A stretch of 56,135 nucleotides of DNA from NCBI GenBank assembly GCA_964596535.1, contig CAZQUR010000007.1, forward strand, positions 1 to 56,135, read 5' to 3'. Each line of letters starts with the position of its first letter. Within the stretch, counting starts at the first letter, position 1. Below the pieces are notes generated by a model. The model was not told where the DNA came from, made no database searches, and saw only the letters and a program-made list of their open reading frames with translations. Origin of the DNA: an uncultured Desulfobacteraceae bacterium. GTDB lineage: Bacteria; Desulfobacterota; Desulfobacteria; Desulfobacterales; UBA2156. Positions 26,961-35,908 of the stretch are shown here, in pieces. The position numbers and the translations under genes are program-made.

Positions 26961-27467
26961 ATGGAAACCTCAGGAAAAGTATTGACCATTGATCATGAAA
27001 AATGCACGGGTTGCCGGCTCTGTGAACTGGTGTGCGCCGTCAAGCATGACGGTGTTTCCAACCCCATGCGCAGCCGCATCCGGGTCATGAAATGGGAAGC
27101 CGAGGGGCTTTACATCCCCATGTCGTGCCAGCAGTGCGAAGACGCCCCCTGCCTGAAAGCCTGCCCCGTGAAGGCCATATCCCGAAATGCGGCGTTTGAG
27201 CGGGTGGAAATCGATTACGACCTCTGCATCGGGTGTCGCACGTGCGTTTCGGTGTGCCCTTTCGGTGCCATGGGTTTCAATCCCGTGGAGAAAAAAGTGT
27301 TCAAGTGCGATCTGTGCGACGGGGATCCCCAGTGCGTCCGTTTCTGTGAAGTCAAGGCCGTGGATTACGTGGATGCCGCCGATGTGAGCCTCAAGAAGAA
27401 AAAAGCCGCCGCCCATCGCATCTCCGTGGCCGGAAAGGAAGCGGCGTCTTTCCATGCGGCCCTTTAA
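26961..27467 (+). CDS. 4Fe-4S dicluster AOR small subunit
   Basis: Four Cys clusters: CTGCRLCELVC, CQQCEDAPCLKACP, CIGCRTCVSVCP and KCDLCDGDPQCVRFC. Confidence 0.92.
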   Translation: METSGKVLTIDHEKCTGCRLCELVCAVKHDGVSNPMRSRIRVMKWEAEGLYIPMSCQQCEDAPCLKACPVKAISRNAAFERVEIDYDLCIGCRTCVSVCPFGAMGFNPVEKKVFKCDLCDGDPQCVRFCEVKAVDYVDAADVSLKKKKAAAHRISVAGKEAASFHAAL

Positions 27468-27523
27468 GGGACCGTTTTTCTTTTTGCAAAGGGCATTCGA
27501 TGGAAATTCGGATGCCCTTTGCG

Positions 27524-27796
27524 TCAGCCGCCGGCAAGCATCAGCGCGATGTGGATCACGTCTTTGTTTTTCACCGGTTTTTTCAGTTCATCCGGATAGG
27601 CGCTTTCCATGTTCACATAGATTTCGATGGTGTTTTTCAGCCGGCCCTTCTCATCGAAAAGTACGGATTGCATCTTTGGATACCGCGCGATCAGTGCGTT
27701 GAAGCATTCTCCCACGGTCTTGCCTTTCACCGGGGCCTGCTTTGCGCCTTCCGTAAACTGCCGATGGGTCTTATGAATGGCGATTTGGATGCTCAC
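27524..27796 (-). CDS. MoaD/ThiS-family sulfur carrier
   Basis: 90 aa ending LAGG; AAGGAG RBS; adjacent to AOR, as is typical for pterin cofactor maturation. Confidence 0.88.
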   Translation of the reverse strand: MSIQIAIHKTHRQFTEGAKQAPVKGKTVGECFNALIARYPKMQSVLFDEKGRLKNTIEIYVNMESAYPDELKKPVKNKDVIHIALMLAGG

Positions 27797-27863
27797 GCAT
27801 AACTCCTTTCAGTCAAACGCTGTATACGTCTTCCTGTGCGTAAAAGCGGCCGCCCTTTCCAGG

Positions 27864-28940
27864 TTATCCCGATTTCAAGGGTTGAATCAGGACCCGGTGG
27901 ATCTCTTTTTCAGTCCTCGAGAGGTCTTTTTTCTCTTGGTCTGAAAGAAAAATATCCATCAGGCGCACGGCCTTGTCCCGGGCGTTTTCATATCCGACAC
28001 GGACGGTCTCCGCGATGTGATCCCAGTTCCGTTCATCGACAAACCTTTCAAAGGCGCCGGCCATCTCCGGAAAAAGGGATTTGCGAAGACCGTTCCAGGA
28101 GGCCATAAAAAGCGCCAGGGAACCGATCCGTTGCTCCTTGACGATAAACGACAGCCGCCCCAAAGGGCTTGTATCGGCAAGGATGTCTTTCAGGGACCTT
28201 GAGAAAAGTTCGATGACCGTGTGCGGGAATGCCGCCAAAAGTTTTCGCCAGGCAATCCGATCCAGGGTTGGATCCAGGATTTCGCCGAGTTCATGAAAAA
28301 GAAAGGTTTCCGTTTCGCTTTCCACGATTTCGGAGAATCGCGTTTTCAGCGAGAGTACATCCCCCTTTTTTACCTGAAAGCTCTCCATCGCGAGATCCAG
28401 GGCTTTTTTGCCGGAGCGGTTCACAAAAAAAATCAGGTCCCAGAGGAAGGCTTTCACCATCTCGGTCCGGACGTAAATGCAATCTTCCTGGGAAAAGGCG
28501 GGAATCGACATGAGATCCCGGGCCAGTTCCTTTCCGGTGATGAATATGCGGCATCCAAGGATCTTCCGGGTTTCTTTGAGAACCGCGAGGAAAAAAGTGG
28601 GAGCCAGTCCCTGTGACAAACCCGCACCATAGACCATCCCCGCAGGTTCAAGGATGCGATTGATTCCGGTTACGTCGAAGGGTTCAAAGGCTTGCCCCTG
28701 GAGACGAATGGGACCATATTCCCGGTTTTCAAGGCCCTCCCAGGCATTTTCCGTCTCTTCGATCCACCTTAACAGCCGATCCGGGGCTTCTTCCACCCAG
28801 GGCTCCAGGCCTTTTTCCCATTTGTAAAGTCCGCGGAGCCGCAATGCCAGTTGGCATACCGAGAACATGGATGCATGGCGTGCGTCGGTGACGGCACAGT
28901 TTCGGGCCACTTGTGCGGCGATGGAATCCGGATCGGGCAT
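27864..28940 (-). CDS. Conserved hypothetical protein (Sfum_1244-like)
   Basis: NCAVTDARHA.MFSVCQLALRLR.LYKWE, PTFFLA, ELARDL and HELGE; family recognised from memory only. Confidence 0.6.
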   Translation of the reverse strand: MPDPDSIAAQVARNCAVTDARHASMFSVCQLALRLRGLYKWEKGLEPWVEEAPDRLLRWIEETENAWEGLENREYGPIRLQGQAFEPFDVTGINRILEPAGMVYGAGLSQGLAPTFFLAVLKETRKILGCRIFITGKELARDLMSIPAFSQEDCIYVRTEMVKAFLWDLIFFVNRSGKKALDLAMESFQVKKGDVLSLKTRFSEIVESETETFLFHELGEILDPTLDRIAWRKLLAAFPHTVIELFSRSLKDILADTSPLGRLSFIVKEQRIGSLALFMASWNGLRKSLFPEMAGAFERFVDERNWDHIAETVRVGYENARDKAVRLMDIFLSDQEKKDLSRTEKEIHRVLIQPLKSG

Positions 28941-29071
28941 GAGATTTTCCTTTTTGGGTTTGTACCCGTCGGACGTATGGAGTTGCCCAGGGAATCTCTT
29001 TTCTTGGCGCTTTTATATTTTTATGATATAAGGATTCTCACCTTGTTTTTCAAGGACCCAAGGAGCGGGGT

Positions 29072-29551
29072 ATGGTTGAGCTGGCAATGCTGAAAGGGAA
29101 AAGAGTCCTCATTGTGGACGATGAACCGGACATCCTCGAAATGTTGTCAGAAGAACTGGAAACATGCGAACTCCATCAAGCCCGAAATTTCGAATCCGCC
29201 AAGAAAGTTCTGGAAAAGGAAAACTTTGATTGTGTGGTCCTCGATATCATGGGGGTCCGCGGTTACGAACTCCTTGAAATCGCCACTTCTCTGAAAATCC
29301 CTGCGGTGATGTTGACAGCCCATGCATTGAGTCCGGACCACTTCATCCGTTCCATCCGATCCGGGGCCCACTGCTATGTCCCGAAAGACAAAATCGTGGA
29401 CATCAATTTTTATGTCTGGGATGCCATCCGCGCCCATCGGCAGCACGAAAAACAACCCGGGCGGTGGTATGATCGGCTCAAGTCCTTTTTCGACAAAAAA
29501 TTCGGCCGCGACTGGGGGGATCCTTTTGAACCGGATCGTAAAAAAGAGTAG
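29072..29551 (+). CDS. Single-domain response regulator
   Basis: VLIVDDEPD, VLDIMG, MLTAH and PK motifs. Confidence 0.9.
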   Translation: MVELAMLKGKRVLIVDDEPDILEMLSEELETCELHQARNFESAKKVLEKENFDCVVLDIMGVRGYELLEIATSLKIPAVMLTAHALSPDHFIRSIRSGAHCYVPKDKIVDINFYVWDAIRAHRQHEKQPGRWYDRLKSFFDKKFGRDWGDPFEPDRKKE

Positions 29552-29558
29552 CGGCGAA

Positions 29559-30251
29559 TCAATACTGAAGTGCGGTGACCAGGAAATAGACCCCTACCCC
29601 GATCATCAGAAGGGAACCGGCCCGATAGATCCAATTTCGAGACTGAAGCCATCCTAAACGCACCAGGCGGGCCACCAGGATCAGGGGCAAGACCGTCCCG
29701 AGACCGAATGCCGCCATCAGACCCGCGCCGGAAAACGCGCCGATAAGGGCATGTTGCGTTTCCATTCCGATCCGGGCGGCACCGATGAGTGCCGTATAAA
29801 TCGGCCCGCACGGCAGGAGGCCGAGCAAGAGTCCCAAGGGAAAATACGCTGCTGTTTTGCGGGTGCCGGCGATTTTCGAATATCCTTTTGAAACCCATGA
29901 TCCCGATGCGCCGGAATTATCCGCACGGAAACCCTTTGGGAGCCACCCCCCCGTGACGAAACCCATGGCAATCATCAGGATGCCGGCGAAGACGAGGACG
30001 CCTTTCTGGAGGCCGGCGATGTTGGCCGTCACCCGGACGAAAGAACCGGTGAACCCCAAAAGACCCCCCAGGACCGTATAGGTCACAATACGACCCGCGT
30101 TGTACAGCAAATGGGGCGTCCAGATGGATCGTCCGGTGATGCCCAGGGACAAGGAAACCACGATGGGACCGCACATGCCGATGCAATGGCCGAATCCCAC
30201 CGTAAATCCGGTGGAAAGATAAACCAATAACAGGGTTTCAGTAACGGACAT
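29559..30251 (-). CDS. DsbD_2 / TauE-like membrane protein (metal or cytochrome biogenesis)
   Basis: GHCIGMCGP, YNAGRIVTY, GLLPCG and FGLGT motifs. Confidence 0.85.
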   Translation of the reverse strand: MSVTETLLLVYLSTGFTVGFGHCIGMCGPIVVSLSLGITGRSIWTPHLLYNAGRIVTYTVLGGLLGFTGSFVRVTANIAGLQKGVLVFAGILMIAMGFVTGGWLPKGFRADNSGASGSWVSKGYSKIAGTRKTAAYFPLGLLLGLLPCGPIYTALIGAARIGMETQHALIGAFSGAGLMAAFGLGTVLPLILVARLVRLGWLQSRNWIYRAGSLLMIGVGVYFLVTALQY

Positions 30252-30729
30252 CGAAAACAAAGCCAATAACGCCGTGTCCGGGAATGGTCACCGTCGCCTG
30301 CCACGTGCGTTTTCCGCTGGGGCATTTTACAATGATTCCGTTTCCTTCATAGACGCCGGGGGACACGGCTTTTAACGTCACACGATTGGGCCCCATATGC
30401 ATCCCCGGCATTCCCAGGTCAATGTACGGCGAGGTATTTTTCTTGAGATCGTGTTCCGGGAGGGCCAGCCGGAAAATCAACTCGGTCATGGCGGTAACCG
30501 GTTTGGGAAATATCTCCAGCGCCACCGGCCTGCCCGAGAGCAGTCCGTTGCACGCTTCCTGATGCACATGACACGGGATTGCTTCCGTTGCGGCAGCGCC
30601 GCTTTTGAAGAAACCGAACACGATCATTCCAAGGATGATCAGCCCGTGTTGAAGAATCCGCACCCCCACACTTTTTCCTTTCCGTGCAAAAAGAATCGAC
30701 ACCGCTTCAAGGCCGACTATCATATTCAA
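30238..30729 (-). CDS. Exported YtkA/FixH-like protein
   Basis: N-terminal hydrophobic helix; DLGMPGMHMGPN; CPSG. Overlaps the downstream gene; start uncertain. Confidence 0.6.
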   Translation of the reverse strand: MNMIVGLEAVSILFARKGKSVGVRILQHGLIILGMIVFGFFKSGAAATEAIPCHVHQEACNGLLSGRPVALEIFPKPVTAMTELIFRLALPEHDLKKNTSPYIDLGMPGMHMGPNRVTLKAVSPGVYEGNGIIVKCPSGKRTWQATVTIPGHGVIGFVFDVRY

Positions 30730-30741
30730 ATCAATTTTGAC

Positions 30742-30875
30742 AAGATTGTAAAAATCCGAACCCCCCTCTCCCTTGAGTAAGAGGTTGAAAATAGAATGTA
30801 TTTTCTATGAGTTGTATCCCCCTCCCCTGAATCTTCCCCTCGCCAGGGGAGGAAAAAATGGGTTTTTACGATTCT
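30742..30875. repeat. Degenerate REP-like element with GTAAAAA/TTTTTAC ends
   Basis: AAGATTGTAAAAATCC ... GGGTTTTTACGATTCT imperfect inverted repeat enclosing a CCTCCCCTG/CAGGGGGAGG stem. Confidence 0.4.
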
Positions 30876-31133
30876 AAAATTTTTGACAGGCTCAAATAAA
30901 CCGTCGGTAAGCCCAGGAGAATGCACCCGCTGCCGGGATTCAAACATCAACGCAAAGTGGATTCGAGATACTCTCTAAAACATTCGTCTTGAAATCATTC
31001 TTCCGATATTTGCCTTGAGTGAAATCGTGTTTAGGTTTTCAGAGAGAGCATTCAGGAAAAAGGCATTATTTATTTATTGAAAAGGAGGCATGCCTTCGAA
31101 TCGTTGTCTTTTTCTCGATCACGACAGGAACAA

Positions 31134-32237
31134 TTGATAAACCGAAGACACTTTATCCGCCGAATGGGTGTGATCCTTGGCACCGGATTTTTGACCGCGA
31201 CAATGCCGCATAAATATCTTGTTGCAAGGACCGAAGAAGCGCCGGGAAAAAAACTTCACTATCGCCCCTTAAACGGGAAGCGCTTAAAGGACATCGCGGC
31301 TAAAAAAGCACACCACGGCAAAGACCGGTTCATCAACCCCATGGGCATCCCAAGAGACGGGCGTTTTCGCCAGCTTTTATCCTGGAAGCTGTTCAGCGAA
31401 AATCCCTTTGAGGCCCATCTTGACGATCAACCCTTCCGCCCCATCTCCATCGATTGGGATTCGATTCGCACCCGGAAAGGCCTATCGGTGACGTTTCTGA
31501 AGCATGGCGGAATACTCATCAAAGACGAAGGGCGGTATTTATTAATCGATCCGGTCTTCGGAGAAATCTTTTGGTTCATCAAAGATTTCACCCCCATTGA
31601 AAATCTTGAGGGGATGCCCCGCCCGGATCATGTTCTGATTACTCACGGGCATTACGACCACCTGGACAAGGCCTCCCTGGCGATGCTCGATAAAAGCACA
31701 CCCCTTATTACGCCTCTGGGATACCGATCCATTTTTAAGGGTCTGGGCATGAAAAATCACCACACGCTCGACTGGTTTGACACCTTTCGCACCCGGATAC
31801 AGGAAATCACCCTGCTCCCCTGTAATCACTGGACGTTGCGCAACCCCTTGAGAGGCCACAACCGCTCCCTCTGGGGGTCGTATCTCATTCGGACAAGCAA
31901 CGGGCAAAGGATCTATATCTCCGGAGATACCGCCTACTTTGACGGTTTCTCCCAACTGGGATCCGAATACGACATCGATCTGGCCATTTTCAACCTCGGG
32001 GCCTATGAACCTCGGTGGTTCATGGCCCCAAGCCATATGAACCCCGATGAGACCGTCCGGGCATTCAAGGAACTCGGCGCCAAAAAGCTCATGATCGTCC
32101 ACTGGGGAACCTTTCAACTCGGAGATGAACCCGTTCACTTCCCCCCGATGGATATCCGAAATGCGCTTGAAAAAGAAGGCCTGCTGGACCGATGGGTGGA
32201 ACTTTCCCACGGGAAAACCCATTTCATGGAATCATAA
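31134..32237 (+). CDS. Tat-exported MBL-fold hydrolase (NAPE-PLD/RomA-like)
   Basis: INRRHFI Tat motif; THGHYDHLD, SGDTAY, GAYEPRWFM..HMNP and HWGTF motifs. Confidence 0.9.
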   Translation: MINRRHFIRRMGVILGTGFLTATMPHKYLVARTEEAPGKKLHYRPLNGKRLKDIAAKKAHHGKDRFINPMGIPRDGRFRQLLSWKLFSENPFEAHLDDQPFRPISIDWDSIRTRKGLSVTFLKHGGILIKDEGRYLLIDPVFGEIFWFIKDFTPIENLEGMPRPDHVLITHGHYDHLDKASLAMLDKSTPLITPLGYRSIFKGLGMKNHHTLDWFDTFRTRIQEITLLPCNHWTLRNPLRGHNRSLWGSYLIRTSNGQRIYISGDTAYFDGFSQLGSEYDIDLAIFNLGAYEPRWFMAPSHMNPDETVRAFKELGAKKLMIVHWGTFQLGDEPVHFPPMDIRNALEKEGLLDRWVELSHGKTHFMES

Positions 32238-32351
32238 AAGAGCCCGATGCCGAAACACGACTTGACAATCCATTTTTCGATTTTATAGTAATCATCATCG
32301 TTTTTATAAGTGATCACGGGTCGAATGATAAATACAAAGGAGGAATGTGCC

Positions 32352-32663
32352 ATGGATGTCAAAGATTATTGCACGGGCGTAGAGATGGAGATGACGGCGT
32401 GGAAAGCCAAACTGTACGATTTGATGCGGAAAGTCGATCGGCTGGGAACCACGGAAAGGGAGAAGGTGCTTCAAAACATCGAAGATCTGCACATCCTGGT
32501 CACCGAAATGAGTGACCGCATCGACCAGCTTCGAAACGAATGCCCCACCGAGTGGAACCCGCAAAAGAAGCAAATCGACGATGCCCATGTGGATATGAGA
32601 AGCAAGTACGAAGAAACCATGGAATTCATCGGCAAGGCGGCCCCGGTGTCGATTCCCGGGTAA
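32352..32663 (+). CDS. Small helical hypothetical protein
   Basis: AGGAGG RBS; own promoter (TTGACA 32262 / TATAGT 32284) and terminator; YC...WKAK and ECPTEW motifs. Confidence 0.8.
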   Translation: MDVKDYCTGVEMEMTAWKAKLYDLMRKVDRLGTTEREKVLQNIEDLHILVTEMSDRIDQLRNECPTEWNPQKKQIDDAHVDMRSKYEETMEFIGKAAPVSIPG

Positions 32664-32689
32664 TCGAAAATCGTTGAATCCTTTTATAA

Positions 32690-32724
32690 AGAGGCAGGGG
32701 ACGGTTCCCCTGTCTCTTTTTTTT
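32690..32724 (+). terminator. Rho-independent terminator
   Basis: AGAGGCAGGGGA-cggt-TCCCCTGTCTCT stem followed by a T tract. Confidence 0.8.
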
Positions 32725-32843
32725 ATACAACCCAAAAGGTGGGCCACACGTTAAAAACGGGTTGAATTGAATCTTTATTCGGGTTATTTTTTTGATCGGT
32801 CCTTGTAAATGTACCCCCATCACTTCAACCCAGGGAGTGCACC

Positions 32844-34337
32844 ATGAAATCGCTTCGTTGTTCTCTTTTCATCTGCACCGTTTTCTTTCTGAACGCCCCG
32901 GCCTTTTCAACCGAGACCCCCATCAGTGACGCGACTTTGGAATGCCTGGACTGTCACGTCCTCCTCCATCCCGGTATCGTCGCTGAATGGAAAAAGAGCC
33001 GCCACGCCCAATCAACGCCGGAGGGCGCCGCTTCGGTGGAGGGCTTATCCCGGAAAGTATCCGCCGAATCGATCCCGGACGCCCTTAAAACAACTGCCGT
33101 GGGGTGTGCAGAATGCCACGGTCTCCGTCCCGACGCCCACAAAGATCGCTTTGAACATAACGGTTACACCCTGCACATCGTGGTCAGCCCGAAAGACTGC
33201 AGTGTCTGTCACCCGGTGGAAACAGACCAGTTTTCCAAAAACCTCATGGCCCATGCCTATGCCAACCTTGCCGAAAACGCGTTGTATCAAAAACTCGAAC
33301 ACAGCATATTGGGAAAACCCGCCTTCAAAGACGATCGAATCCGCCAAGACGTCACTGACGACGGAACCCGGGAAGAAGCCTGTTATTACTGCCACGGTAC
33401 CCGGCTGGAAATGGCGGGGATCGAGACCCGTGATACGGAACTGGCCGGCGAACTCGAATTTCCGATGATTCGCGGATGGCCCAATCAGGGGGTCGGCCGC
33501 ATCAATCTCGACGGCAGTAAAGGGTCCTGTTCTGCATGCCACACCCGTCACGCCTTTTCCATCGAAACCGCCCGCAAACCCTATACATGCAAAGAGTGTC
33601 ATGTGGGGCCCGATGTACCGGCCTTCAAAGTGTATGAATCGAGCAAGCACGGGAACCTTTTTTCCTCTCACCAGGCCGCGTGGAATTTCCAAAACGTCCC
33701 TTGGACCATCGGCAAAGATTTTACGGCGCCCACCTGTGCGGCCTGCCATATCAGCCTCTTGGTCAATGCAGACGGTGCGGTGGTCTCCAAACGTTCCCAT
33801 CAAATGAACGACCGTCTTCCCTGGCGTCTATTCGGTCTGATTTATGCGCATCCGCACCCCGCAACCCCGGATACCACGCAGATTCGAAACAAAGACGGGT
33901 TGCCGCTCCCGACGGATTTCAACGGCGGGTTCGCGACGGCGCACCTCATCAGCGAAGAAGAGCAGCACCGCCGCAAAGCCGCCATGCAGGCCGTCTGTCT
34001 CAACTGCCATGGCACCACATGGGTCCAAGGGTTTTGGACCCGGTTTGAAAACACCCTGGTCCGCACCAATGCCGATATCCGGACGGCCACGCAACTCATG
34101 GAAACCATCTGGGAAGAAGGGCTGGCCGACGGAAAAGAAAATCCCTTTGACGAGGCCGTAGAGAAAAAATGGAGCGATATCTGGCTGTTTTACGCCAATA
34201 CCATTCGATTTGCTTCCGCCATGGGATGCGGCGGGGATTATGCGGTCTTTGCGGACGGTCGATACATGATGGCCCGGTCCCTGGCGGACTTGGCCGACTG
34301 GTGGAGGCTGCGAAAGGAGCTGCCGATTGCACCGTAA
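32844..34337 (+). CDS. Octaheme cytochrome c, hydroxylamine oxidoreductase family
   Basis: Signal peptide; 8 CxxCH (CLDCH, CAECH, CSVCH, CYYCH, CSACH, CKECH, CAACH, CLNCH); WPNQGVGRINLDGS, SKHG and APTCAACH motifs. Confidence 0.88.
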   Translation: MKSLRCSLFICTVFFLNAPAFSTETPISDATLECLDCHVLLHPGIVAEWKKSRHAQSTPEGAASVEGLSRKVSAESIPDALKTTAVGCAECHGLRPDAHKDRFEHNGYTLHIVVSPKDCSVCHPVETDQFSKNLMAHAYANLAENALYQKLEHSILGKPAFKDDRIRQDVTDDGTREEACYYCHGTRLEMAGIETRDTELAGELEFPMIRGWPNQGVGRINLDGSKGSCSACHTRHAFSIETARKPYTCKECHVGPDVPAFKVYESSKHGNLFSSHQAAWNFQNVPWTIGKDFTAPTCAACHISLLVNADGAVVSKRSHQMNDRLPWRLFGLIYAHPHPATPDTTQIRNKDGLPLPTDFNGGFATAHLISEEEQHRRKAAMQAVCLNCHGTTWVQGFWTRFENTLVRTNADIRTATQLMETIWEEGLADGKENPFDEAVEKKWSDIWLFYANTIRFASAMGCGGDYAVFADGRYMMARSLADLADWWRLRKELPIAP

Positions 34338-34392
34338 CTGACGGGGCTTGCGGGAAGCGCTCCGGTCACCACGCCTGATCTGCGATTTTACG

Positions 34393-35874
34393 CTATTGCA
34401 ACAGGAACTCGGCGGGTTGAATGCCGACGTCGGACGGCGAAAGGCAGGAAAGAATCCATTGACTTGTGGTTTCCGTTTCTGCATTCGGTTTTGAAAGATG
34501 CAGAATCTCCCCTTTTCGAAACCCGTTGCCATCGTCTTTTTCCAGCAGTAAAATCCGCGTCCCGGCAGTTTCGGATCCCGGACCAGGACCCATGACGACT
34601 CCCAACGCCCCCGTATTCAGACGGACCACGCTTCCGGCCGGAAAAGGCCCCATCATGCGTACGAAGACCTTCAAGAGGATGGGGTCGAACTGACGATGTA
34701 AGCGGTGCCACATGAGAGACAGCGCCTCGTTGGGCAATAAACTCCTGGTGCGGTATGCGCGGTAAGACGTCAACGCGTCGTATGTATCCACGATACTCAA
34801 AATCCTTCCGAACAAGGTGATGTCCCGGGTGAGACGGGTTTTTGGGTACCCCGTCAAATCCAATTTCAAGTGATGCTCAAAAGGCCCCAGTGCAACCCTT
34901 GACTTCATTTCGGCAGGCGCATTCAACCTGAGGATATGCATGACCCCGTTAAGCGGGTGCCGTTCCATGATCTTCCATTCTTCCGGCGCCAGTCTTCCCG
35001 GCTTGTGAAGGATGTCCTTGGAGATCTCCACCTTCCCCAGATCATGGAGCATGCCGCAGACCCCCAGTTGTTCCAAAAGAACATGGGAGAGTCCGATCCG
35101 CCTGCCCATGCACATGGACAGCAACGCCACATTAATGGAGTGGGTATAGGTGTAATCGTCATAATCCCGGATGGAAGCCAAACAGTGCATCAGGGATTCT
35201 TCTTCCAGAACGAGTTCGACCATGTTCTGGGCCAGCCTTCGGACCTTGCGAATCCCGGCCGGCGAATGGACGGAAATTTTTCTTGAAACATCCTTCACGG
35301 CATCCAACGCGCGAAGATAGCTTTGGCGGGCTTTTTTTCTCCTTTCCAGAACCCGATTCGGATCATCGAAATGCGCGCCGGGGTCTTCATCAGGAGGGGG
35401 CTCTTCGATTTCCTGTATCGGTTCGACCCAATGGATCCCACGGGTAAGAAGCTGCTCTTCCAACCATTCCCCTGGATTCTCCTGATTCAAGGAACTGTTC
35501 AACAGACGCGCCAGGCAAACAAATTCGGAGGCATGGGCATGTTCCACATGGGAGTGAAAACGGATACCGGCAAGCCCCCTTTTCTGAAAAAAATCTAGCC
35601 ACGCTCCCGCCAAGGCAAAGGTTTCCCTTCGGTATGGCAATTTTTCCCCTTGGAAAAAAATTCTTCCCCGCCAGATAAGGATCTCCAGTTCACCCTCTTT
35701 GACCAAACGTCCGGCCGAAGTCATGAACTTGGAGACCGCATCATGGACCAGCGGATTGTTGTCCTGGTACATCCCGATGGTATGAATCATCCGGTAGAAG
35801 GCCCGAACCACCTCTTCGCCGAGCAGGCCTGTTTCCAATAAACCAGATCCTTTATTTTTCTTGTCTTTTTCCAC
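34393..35874 (-). CDS. HD-GYP cyclic-dinucleotide phosphodiesterase
   Basis: YTYTHS, LHDLGK, HHLKLDLTGYP and DTYDALTS.RAYR motifs. Confidence 0.9.
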   Translation of the reverse strand: MEKDKKNKGSGLLETGLLGEEVVRAFYRMIHTIGMYQDNNPLVHDAVSKFMTSAGRLVKEGELEILIWRGRIFFQGEKLPYRRETFALAGAWLDFFQKRGLAGIRFHSHVEHAHASEFVCLARLLNSSLNQENPGEWLEEQLLTRGIHWVEPIQEIEEPPPDEDPGAHFDDPNRVLERRKKARQSYLRALDAVKDVSRKISVHSPAGIRKVRRLAQNMVELVLEEESLMHCLASIRDYDDYTYTHSINVALLSMCMGRRIGLSHVLLEQLGVCGMLHDLGKVEISKDILHKPGRLAPEEWKIMERHPLNGVMHILRLNAPAEMKSRVALGPFEHHLKLDLTGYPKTRLTRDITLFGRILSIVDTYDALTSYRAYRTRSLLPNEALSLMWHRLHRQFDPILLKVFVRMMGPFPAGSVVRLNTGALGVVMGPGPGSETAGTRILLLEKDDGNGFRKGEILHLSKPNAETETTSQWILSCLSPSDVGIQPAEFLLQ

Positions 35875-35908
35875 GGCAACTAAAAAAGGATAAGGGTATC
35901 GACGCGTT

